Positions 1 to 7,967 of a DNA stretch of 32,000 bases are shown one piece after another (position 1 is the first letter of the stretch; the number at the start of each line of letters is the position of its first letter). The notes under the pieces were generated by a model. That model worked only from the letters and a program-made list of their open reading frames with translations. It was not told the DNA's origin and did not search any database. The position numbers and the translations under genes are program-made. This stretch comes from Candidatus Heimdallarchaeota archaeon (GTDB lineage Archaea; Asgardarchaeota; Heimdallarchaeia; Heimdallarchaeales; Kariarchaeaceae), in the NCBI GenBank assembly GCA_030149205.1, contig JASBSB010000007.1, forward strand, positions 480,001-512,000, in the 5' to 3' direction.

Positions 1-1
1 A

Positions 2-1033
2 GATCCATCATTTAAGCACGTTTATCAACCTGGATTCCTCTTTACTATGTTTAAGAAAGATAAAACTCACAGTATCGTCAAGGATGGGAAAAAACTTCTT
101 CCAAAGAACACAAACATGATTGAAGAGAAGGTCAAAAAGGTAGAGACAAAGGATAAGGTTGTTATTACAGAAAGTGGAACAAAGGTTCCTTACGATTATT
201 TAGTCATTGCAACCGGTGCTAAACTCTCACCAGAAAAGGTGGATTGGTGGGATGACAGTCTCTATCATTATTACTCTCCCGAGGCAGCAGATCGTCTTTC
301 AGAAAAAATTGAGAATTTCAGAGAAGGAAAGATAATCATCGCCATCGGTGAAATTCCATATAAGTGTCCTCCTGCCCCAATTGAAGGTGCATTGTTGTTA
401 GATGATTATTTCAAAAAGAAAGGGATCAGAGACAAGGTGGAGATACAGTACTGCTCTCCCTTGGATCGAGCCTTCAGTATTAAAACCGTGAATGAGGTTA
501 TTGAACCAATCATGAATGAAAAAGGAATTGAAGTTGAAACCTTTTTCAATGTTGATGATGTGGATACAGAAGAGAAGGTTTTGTACAGCCTTGAAGGGTC
601 GGACTTAGATTATGATCTTCTAATCATGATCCCCCCACACACGGGACAACCTTTCTTACATGAGTCAGGTATTGCCGGGAAATCTGGATGGGTACCGACT
701 GATAGAGAGACATTAAGAGTGCAGGATCAGGAAAACATGTACGCTTTAGGAGACACAACAGATATACCCACCTCCAAGGCAGGATCAACAGCACACTATG
801 AAGCACCAATCATTGCAGAGAACATCTACAAAGATATTATCGGCGACACAAACCTTACTAAATATGATGGGCATGTTCAATGTTTCTTCCTAACAGAATT
901 TGGAAAATCATTATTCATTGATTTTAACTTTGAACATCCTCCCAAACCAGGAAAACCCTCAAGGTTCTGGTGGTGGTTTAAGCTTTTCTTTAAACCCTTT
1001 TATTTCAGAGCAGTTGCCAAGGGATTGGTTTAA
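2..1033 (+). CDS. sqr: NAD(P)/FAD-dependent oxidoreductase, sulfide:quinone oxidoreductase (type III-like); 5' end lies outside the window
   Basis: The frame is open from base 2 (DPSFKHVYQPGFLFT precedes the ORF-track Met), matching the HxYQPG N-terminal SQR motif, so the real start is upstream. Also present: YDYLVIATGA, YKCPPAPIE (first Cys), ALGD (FAD), VQCF (second Cys) and an aromatic amphipathic C-terminal helix (RFWWWFKLFFKPFYF). Confidence 0.8.
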   Translation, partial: DPSFKHVYQPGFLFTMFKKDKTHSIVKDGKKLLPKNTNMIEEKVKKVETKDKVVITESGTKVPYDYLVIATGAKLSPEKVDWWDDSLYHYYSPEAADRLSEKIENFREGKIIIAIGEIPYKCPPAPIEGALLLDDYFKKKGIRDKVEIQYCSPLDRAFSIKTVNEVIEPIMNEKGIEVETFFNVDDVDTEEKVLYSLEGSDLDYDLLIMIPPHTGQPFLHESGIAGKSGWVPTDRETLRVQDQENMYALGDTTDIPTSKAGSTAHYEAPIIAENIYKDIIGDTNLTKYDGHVQCFFLTEFGKSLFIDFNFEHPPKPGKPSRFWWWFKLFFKPFYFRAVAKGLV

Positions 1034-1097
1034 CTTCAATGTATCAAAATTAATTTAAGAAAAACACAAAATTAAATTAAAAATCAAAATTTAACCA

Positions 1098-1868
1098 TTA
1101 AAATTCTAATGTTATACTTATTGGGCAGTGATCGCTTCCCATCACAGAAGAATGAATTTCTGCGGCTTTTAAATGTGGAAGAAGGTCCTTATCTACAAAG
1201 AAATAGTCTATTCTCCACCCTACATTTCTCTCTCTTGCCCCAGATCTTACTGACCACCATGTGTATAATTCAGGTTCTTCGGTAAAATTTCTTAAACTGT
1301 CTACCCACCCTTCTGAAATCAAATTATCTATCCACTCTCTTTCTTGAGGAAGAAATCCAGAGTATTTGGAATTTGGCTTTGGATTGGCCAGGTCTTTCTC
1401 TTTATGCGCTGTGTTAACATCACCACAAACTATGGTTTTTTCACCAGCTTTTCTGAGTCTCTTAAGAAGATCTAAGGTGTGTTGGTAGAAATCCATCTTA
1501 AATTGGAGTCTCTCATCGTCTTTCTTTCCATTTGGGAAGTACACATTAATAAGAGTAAACTCTTCATATTTTGTGATGATGACTCTTCCTTCCTTCTCAT
1601 ATTCTTTAACGCCTATCCCAAATTTCACCTCCTTTGGTTTGATTTTTGAGTATGTCAAAACTCCTGAGTATCCTTTCTTCTCTGCAGCATTATGTATGAG
1701 CTCATACCCTTCAAATTTTATATTCTTGGGAATTTGTTCATCTTGCGCTTTTGTCTCTTGAAGACAAAGGATGTCTGGTTTGGTTGATTCAAACCAATCT
1801 GAGAACCCCTTCTTTGCAACTGCTCTAATCCCATTAACATTCCATGAGAATATCTTATAAGTCGACAT
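1098..1868 (-). CDS. xth: Exodeoxyribonuclease III / class II AP endonuclease
   Basis: Full motif set: SWNVNGIRA, LQETKA, GYSGV, EGRVI, NVYFPNG, GDVNTAH, SGFLPQERE, YTWWS, GWRIDYF, GSDHCP. Confidence 0.96.
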   Translation of the reverse strand: MSTYKIFSWNVNGIRAVAKKGFSDWFESTKPDILCLQETKAQDEQIPKNIKFEGYELIHNAAEKKGYSGVLTYSKIKPKEVKFGIGVKEYEKEGRVIITKYEEFTLINVYFPNGKKDDERLQFKMDFYQHTLDLLKRLRKAGEKTIVCGDVNTAHKEKDLANPKPNSKYSGFLPQEREWIDNLISEGWVDSLRNFTEEPELYTWWSVRSGARERNVGWRIDYFFVDKDLLPHLKAAEIHSSVMGSDHCPISITLEF

Positions 1869-1996
1869 GAAAGAGAGTTTGTAGTCAGTTTATAGACTTT
1901 GAGGAACTATTAGATAAAATTGTTAACTACAAATTTGAATAGTATACCACCACATATGTTAGCAAGATTGAAATAACGTACTGTGAAAGAATTCTT

Positions 1997-2275
1997 ATGG
2001 AGGCATTTGTCTATATCCTGGAATGCCAGGATAACAGCTTCTATACTGGATACACAACGAACCTTCGGAGGAGAATCCTTCAGCACACTAAAGGAGTTGG
2101 TAGTAAATATGTAAGATCAAGGGGGTTTAAACGGCTCCTGTATTGTGAGATGCTTCTATCCAAAAGTATGGCAATGAAGCGAGAAAAACAGATAAAATCT
2201 TTCTCAAGATTGAGAAAATCTCAGCTAATCAGTTCATCACAAAACTTTATTGACACAATAAATATAGGAAAATAA
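1997..2275 (+). CDS. Small GIY-YIG nuclease family protein (UPF0213-like)
   Basis: FVYILECQDNSFYTGYTTNLRRRILQH and the AMKREKQIKS helix; 92 aa standalone domain. Confidence 0.9.
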   Translation: MEAFVYILECQDNSFYTGYTTNLRRRILQHTKGVGSKYVRSRGFKRLLYCEMLLSKSMAMKREKQIKSFSRLRKSQLISSSQNFIDTINIGK

Positions 2276-2276
2276 C

Positions 2277-2293
2277 TTTTTTTTTTTTTTTTT
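2277..2293 (+). terminator. Oligo-T (T17) tract, probable archaeal intrinsic terminator
   Basis: 17 consecutive T begin 1 nt after the GIY-YIG stop codon; a T8 run follows at 2340-2347. The exact length may be affected by homopolymer error. Confidence 0.55.
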
Positions 2294-2406
2294 AGAAAGG
2301 CTACAAACTATGATCTTAAACTGAGGAAACATCAATCAATTTTTTTTGTTAATTTTCAGTTTCTCGACTCTCAAAGGTTAAATATTTGTGTATAAACCGT
2401 TATTCG

Positions 2407-3222
2407 ATGATTTTGCCAAAGCTTGTGGAGATGGAGTCAAAAAAAATCTCTAATAACTATGTATTTGTTGTAACCCCACAATCAACCTTAGCAGAATCAA
2501 TTAGTCTGTTCTTAGATTTTGATATTGATCATCTTCCAGTGTTACGAGGGTCTTCAATAGAGGGTGTTATAACACCTAAATCGATTCTTTCATATCTTTC
2601 AAAAAATAATGATGTGCTCTCTCTCAATCATACAGTAGACGCAGTTCCATTACAAAAACCCGCAGTCCTACGTCCTGAGGCACCAATAGCAGAATCTATT
2701 ATGAAATTACAAAAAGGACATGAAATGGTGGTTCTGTCATCTGAACACATAATCAGGGGATCTATTACCTGCCACGATATACTAGATACCAATTTTCTCT
2801 GGTTAAACAAAGAGAACCATCACTTAGATGAAAGTTTTCTTCTTCCTTTGAAAACTATGTTCGAGCAGCAAGTAAGCCTTGAAACATCGCTCTCTGAGGT
2901 CATTACAAGGATATCACGGTCCCCCTTTAGATTCATACCAGTATTCGATGCAGAGACTCAACTTTGGCAGGGCTTTATCAGTGGAAAAATGATTCTGCAC
3001 CAGATTAGCAATTTGCTTTCATACTCTGAATTAGAACAATTTGATAATATCGACACCATAACTGTGGTTGAAATGCATCCAATCATGCTTAAAAAACCAA
3101 TTTTGATAAAGCAGGTTAGATATGCCCTCTTAGAAACATTAACTGTGCCCATTTTAGATGAAGATAATTTTCCATCTGATTTTGTTATCCCCAGGTCTCT
3201 TCTTAACTATTTACACATTTAA
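2407..3222 (+). CDS. CBS domain-containing protein (probably two Bateman pairs)
   Basis: VTPQSTLAESISLF...DHLPV...GVITPKSIL and later SLETSLSEVI...FRFIPV...GFISGKMIL patterns. The start is uncertain (TTG 2386, ATG 2407 or ATG 2431). Confidence 0.75.
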   Translation: MILPKLVEMESKKISNNYVFVVTPQSTLAESISLFLDFDIDHLPVLRGSSIEGVITPKSILSYLSKNNDVLSLNHTVDAVPLQKPAVLRPEAPIAESIMKLQKGHEMVVLSSEHIIRGSITCHDILDTNFLWLNKENHHLDESFLLPLKTMFEQQVSLETSLSEVITRISRSPFRFIPVFDAETQLWQGFISGKMILHQISNLLSYSELEQFDNIDTITVVEMHPIMLKKPILIKQVRYALLETLTVPILDEDNFPSDFVIPRSLLNYLHI

Positions 3223-3488
3223 AAAATTAAAGTCTGTTTAAATTAGTTAGTTCTATTCTTTTCATATTACTGATACTTTGTAAACTATTAATTTGGTTTT
3301 GGGATCAGATGATTTGAGTTTATTATTCTGTTAATCATTTCTTTTTCTGAGACAGGATTTTCTTCATGTGTACTCCCAAAATTGATTCAGCTCAACGTTA
3401 ATGCCCTCATTCAATTTGTACTAAAACAGAACCTTGAGAATAAAACTCATATCCCAACTCTAATAAGAGTAAACGGGTGTGGTGAATT

Positions 3489-3938
3489 ATGTCTAAAGAA
3501 GTAGAGATTCTAAGCCAATTCATTGGTAGTAAATTGGATTTTGTTCCCTCTAAACTTACAAGATGGTTAAATGGAACGCTTACCGAGGTAAAGAAGGGCT
3601 CAATTGTAATTGAATACAAAGTTACAGAGGATATGCTTAATCCATTCCAGGTCTTGCATGGAGGCGTCATTGCTGCCATGTTAGATGACACTGTTGGTCT
3701 GACAATTTTTACGTCTGGAGAATCATATTTCTATACCACCATTAATCTAAATGTGGACTATTTCTCATCATTAAAGGTCGGTGACATAGCACTCGCAGAG
3801 TCTGAACTTATAAAACACGGTTCAAAGGTCTCAAATCTGATCCTGAGATTAAAAGACTCAAATGAGAAATTAATTGCAATGGCTCATACCAATCTTATTC
3901 GTACCAACATACCTGTAAGCAAATTTTTTCCCGTCTAA
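3489..3938 (+). CDS. PaaI family thioesterase (hotdog fold)
   Basis: NPFQVLHGGVIAAMLDD motif and TINLNVDY strand; GGTGA RBS at 3481-3485. Confidence 0.9.
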   Translation: MSKEVEILSQFIGSKLDFVPSKLTRWLNGTLTEVKKGSIVIEYKVTEDMLNPFQVLHGGVIAAMLDDTVGLTIFTSGESYFYTTINLNVDYFSSLKVGDIALAESELIKHGSKVSNLILRLKDSNEKLIAMAHTNLIRTNIPVSKFFPV

Positions 3939-3963
3939 GCTGGTGTAGAAAAGATAAAATAGA

Positions 3964-4860
3964 TTGTCGCATTCTTTCAGTTACTTGATATCAAATTTAG
4001 AAGAAGGATTTGCGAATGTAAATGAACTCACACTCCATTATGTCAGTCTTGGTGAAAAGGGTGACCCTCTATTAATTCTCCTGCATGGGTTTCCAGAATA
4101 TTGGACGGGATGGCTCAAGGTAGCGGAGAAGTTGGTTATAGAGGGCTTCTTTGTCGTCCTTCCCGATCAAAGGGGATACAATCTAAGTAGCAAACCAAAA
4201 GGAGTAAAAAACTATCAAATTTCGAATTTGGTTTCAGATGTTGTAGAACTTGCAAAACAATTGGGGTACAGTCAGTTTATCCTAGGTGGCCATGATTGGG
4301 GCGCAGGTGTTGCTTGGGCAACTGCATTACTCAAACCAGAGCATGTAACCAAGCTAATAATTGTGAATGTGCCGCATCCAGTATCCATGGTTAAATACCT
4401 TAGAAGGAGCTGGAGACAGAAGTTAAAGTCATGGTACATGTTCATGTTTCAGATCCCTTGGATACCTGAGTTCCTTTCCCAAAGGTTCAACTATTATGTG
4501 TTCCGCAGAACAATCACCAGGTCTTCACTCCCTGAAACTTTTTCACAAGAGGAGATTGAAGAATTAACTCAAACCTGGGGAAAGAAAGGTGCGTTATCCT
4601 CAATAATTAATTGGTATCGAGCCGCATTTAGATTTCCAGCCAAATATGAAAACAAGATCGTTGAGATTCCTACGCTCATCATTTGGGGTAAAAATGACAG
4701 GTTTTTACTAGAAGAAGCTGGAAGAGATAGCCTGAATTACTGTTCTGAGGGGAAGTTTCATCTAATTGAAGATGCAACCCACTGGGTTTTGCATGAGAGA
4801 CCAGAACAGGTAAGAATGGCAATTGTTGATTTTTTGTCCTCTGAAAGAAAACAGAATTGA
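3964..4860 (+). CDS. Alpha/beta hydrolase, epoxide hydrolase-like
   Basis: LLHGFPEYW oxyanion motif, GHDWG nucleophile elbow (Asp), IIWGKNDRFL, HWVLHERP catalytic His; TTG start. Confidence 0.9.
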   Translation: MSHSFSYLISNLEEGFANVNELTLHYVSLGEKGDPLLILLHGFPEYWTGWLKVAEKLVIEGFFVVLPDQRGYNLSSKPKGVKNYQISNLVSDVVELAKQLGYSQFILGGHDWGAGVAWATALLKPEHVTKLIIVNVPHPVSMVKYLRRSWRQKLKSWYMFMFQIPWIPEFLSQRFNYYVFRRTITRSSLPETFSQEEIEELTQTWGKKGALSSIINWYRAAFRFPAKYENKIVEIPTLIIWGKNDRFLLEEAGRDSLNYCSEGKFHLIEDATHWVLHERPEQVRMAIVDFLSSERKQN

Positions 4861-4865
4861 ACAAA

Positions 4866-5987
4866 TTATCTAAATCTAATATTTTTTCTTCTGATAATTG
4901 GAATGATAAGGACAAAAATTAATTGAACTGAGACAAAGGGGTAATCTAGAAATTGCGCCTTGGGAAAAGGTGGTGCTGTGAATGTGCTCAGAGCACCACC
5001 ATAAGAGTCCAACAGTGTCCCGTTGATGGTAGAATACTGGAAGAAACTTGAATTACTGCTTGTGACCAACACTGAAGTGCCTCTCCAATCAAAGTTGTGA
5101 ATTCTATAAGATGGTGTCTTAAATTCTAGCCTCTTTGTGAGGTCTGTTTTGTTCCAGACACTCACCACCCCTCCTTCATCCCCAAGAATCAGCTCAGAGT
5201 GGTTGAAATTAAAGGCGAAAGCGGTCACATTTTTTGAGTTCTTCAACACCGTGCTTTTACCATCAAAAAACCGTATCTCGTTGCGAACACTAACTACCAA
5301 GGTTTGATTATCCCATCCGATTGCCTTCGGTATGTGCTGGAACCCATAGGATTGTTGCTGGGTGCCATTTATGATGACAACCGTGCTGTTTTTTAAAAGG
5401 AGTGCCACCTGATTGTTTGTGTTCACCTTGATGTCTAAGATTGTGGCATTGGTTTTCAGGATTGGAGTTATACTCCCATTCATCATGTTAGGTCTTGCAA
5501 GAACCGCGGTTTTGTTTAGTGATAAATATGGGTCAACTAAGTTCTCCCCCACCAGTAACCCAAGCAGGAAGCCATCTTTAAACCACGACATAGCACTAAA
5601 AGAGTAACCTGCAGGATGGAATGTTGTCTTTTTGTGGTAACTTGCATTCCAGATATGTAATCCATCTAACCAGCTCATTCCCGCAAGATAAGTTCCATTT
5701 GATGACCAGGCTAATCCTGAAACTCTATCACGGGGGAGACTATCCATAAGTGGTGATTTGTAGAGACCAGTGCCTGAAGAAGAGTTTTTCACGCTCCAAA
5801 TGATTATATTTGAATCACCACCCCCAGAGACTATCGTTGACCCATCTGGGCTCCATACAGCAAAAATGACGGGGCCGATATGTCCATATCTGTATACAAT
5901 TCCTGGAATTGAGGCAAAAGAACCTGTGGTAAGGGAAATTACTAGTATTGAGACTAATATCAGTTTATTTTTCTGAGATAATTTCAA
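4866..5987 (-). CDS. Secreted, C-terminally membrane-anchored WD40 beta-propeller protein
   Basis: Signal peptide (KNKLILVSILVISLTTGSFA). WD40 repeats GHIGPVIFAVWSPDGSTIVSGGGDSNIIIW, VSGLAWSSNGTYLA...IW and VTAFAF...LILGDEGGVVSVW. 14 N-x-S/T sequons. C-terminal hydrophobic stretch plus RRKNIRFR tail. TTG start preceded by GAGGTGA and overlapping the upstream TGA. Confidence 0.8.
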   Translation of the reverse strand: MKLSQKNKLILVSILVISLTTGSFASIPGIVYRYGHIGPVIFAVWSPDGSTIVSGGGDSNIIIWSVKNSSSGTGLYKSPLMDSLPRDRVSGLAWSSNGTYLAGMSWLDGLHIWNASYHKKTTFHPAGYSFSAMSWFKDGFLLGLLVGENLVDPYLSLNKTAVLARPNMMNGSITPILKTNATILDIKVNTNNQVALLLKNSTVVIINGTQQQSYGFQHIPKAIGWDNQTLVVSVRNEIRFFDGKSTVLKNSKNVTAFAFNFNHSELILGDEGGVVSVWNKTDLTKRLEFKTPSYRIHNFDWRGTSVLVTSSNSSFFQYSTINGTLLDSYGGALSTFTAPPFPKAQFLDYPFVSVQLIFVLIIPIIRRKNIRFR

Positions 5988-7665
5988 ATGTTCACCTCAC
6001 TCATGAGCTTAGGTGTGATTGATTCAAAAACTTGATCCAGTATTCTGAGTTCCCACCATTTACCATCACCTACCCACCAAAACTTTGAATAAAATGAATT
6101 GGGACCTGAATTTTTCCAAGAAAATGTAAACATTACAGAGTAAGGTCTATTACCCCAATCGTACGCTTCCCCTTTCCCAGAAATGTACCATTTCAAAATG
6201 GTAAACGTATGTCCTAATTCATGTAAAGCAACAGACTTGATTTTCTCATCATCTGTACGCCAATTGTTCCATGTAGGGAGGTCTCGGATAGCCTGAACTG
6301 CGATAAACGCGACAGGATAAAACTCATAGTGGGTTCCATTATCATCTAATGCTAAATTCCATCCTAACGCCCCATCATCCTGTTTGTTACCAAAAAGCAT
6401 GTATCTGTGGTTATCTGGGTGACCTGTTTTTACCCAGCTCTTGGTGTCATAGTAAGATCTAAGTGTTGGTTGAGACATATATTCCACACTATTCACCATT
6501 GTACTACTGACGTGAAACACAAGTCTTTCATAGCCATTCGATTCATAATAAGTCTCCATGTAATTTATCACTGCATCAGATGGTTTGTATCCATCCATCC
6601 AATCGACCTCAACATGTATTGCCTCATAGTTAATTTTAAGCAAATTAAGAACCCAGCCCTTTTCCACAGCAGCTCCAGATCTTATGATTAGGGTTAATCT
6701 GTGACTGCTTCGAGGCTCAAAATCAGAGAGGCTAAAGGAAGTGAGTGAATAGCTGTTATAAACTGCGGTCTCAGGTACTACAATCTTGTTATCAACCTCC
6801 ACTGAAAAAAACCTTCCATAAGAATCGAGACTTTTCTCAATTTTAAGCGATAATCTTGTGTCTTTTCCTCCAATAAAATCGGTTTCTATCTTTGAAATGT
6901 ATGACTTTGGAAAAAACTGTGTATCTAATACTCTGGCATCATTTCCAGATGATGTCTCTAGGTATGCATAGTCTAACATCCAACCATGTTCCACATAGCC
7001 TCCCCAAGTTATTTCAAACCTTATCTCAGCTTTTGAACCAGACAGAAATTGCCCAATATCAATTTTTATTTTGTTATTTACATCAGAAAGAGTATATTGG
7101 TTTAAAACAATCTTTCCTGCACAATATATGGTTAATAGTCGATTGTATGTATCACTAATTTTTCTGATGTTTGCTTTCAATACCCATACTTGTTCGCTAC
7201 CAAAGGATCTGGTTGTTCCTAAAATTATTTGAGAGGTGCCAGCTTTTGGGAAGTAACTTCCCTCTTTTGTTAAGAACTGTGCATTATCATCACTAAAATT
7301 CTTATCAATAGTATTTATTGTACTTGCTGCAAATGTTGGAGCTGTACCTGACTTCAATGAGACAGGTCTGCTTAGGTTGGCTACGTTTTGTGTGTTATTC
7401 GAAAACTCATTCTGATCTTGTGTATTTTGGGATTGAGGCAGATTGTTCTGTTGATACTGCCTAGATTTAATTTTGGAATGGTTTCCACCCTTTAATTGCT
7501 GGAGAGGTATAATCTGTTCTGATTCTCCCTGTTCTGAGTCTACTTCATTCAATTTTTCATCGTCTGTACTTAAATATCTTTTGTCATCTAAAACTGTGCC
7601 CCCCCCCCCGCGAATTGACTAACATTTAGCAATAATATAAGTAAAAGGCTATTTATTTTGATCAT
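5984..7665 (-). CDS. Secreted zinc metalloprotease (HExxH, metzincin-like), frameshifted at a G11 tract just after the signal peptide
   Basis: HELGH at 6223-6209 and YSVM Met-turn-like motif. The main frame is open from 7618. ATG 7665 encodes MIKINSLLLILLLNVSQFAGGG, then runs to TAG at 7590-7588 with 11 G. With 9 or 12 G it joins the main frame (560 aa with 12 G). Confidence 0.72.
7599..7609 (-). repeat. G11 homopolymer (C11 on +) inside the coding region
   Basis: gtgcc cccccccccg on the + strand; the only long G/C run seen in this AT-rich window. Confidence 0.95.
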
Positions 7666-7967
7666 TTCTATATGATAACCAATTCATATTATTAAACATT
7701 TAGATTATAGAAACTAGAATCTGTGTTGTAGTATCTAACTATAAGACCATACGCTTCTAATCAATAACTTTTCACCTTTTAAATGTCGAAATTAATTTCT
7801 AGAGTTAGTTATCAATGTTCCTCTGAACTAGTTACAAATAAAATAATGAAGTCATTGATTTTGCATGTCTATAATTTCCATTAACAATATTCTCAAAATG
7901 TATTCAGGTTTACTGAAACTGAGTAGAAGCAGATAATTTGATATATAACAATAAGATTTATTTTTTA

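Noticed and set aside
1997-2293. GIY-YIG plus poly-T as a retroelement or homing-endonuclease insertion
   Set aside because: No reverse transcriptase, no target-site duplication and no host intron; the protein is the common 92-aa housekeeping type.
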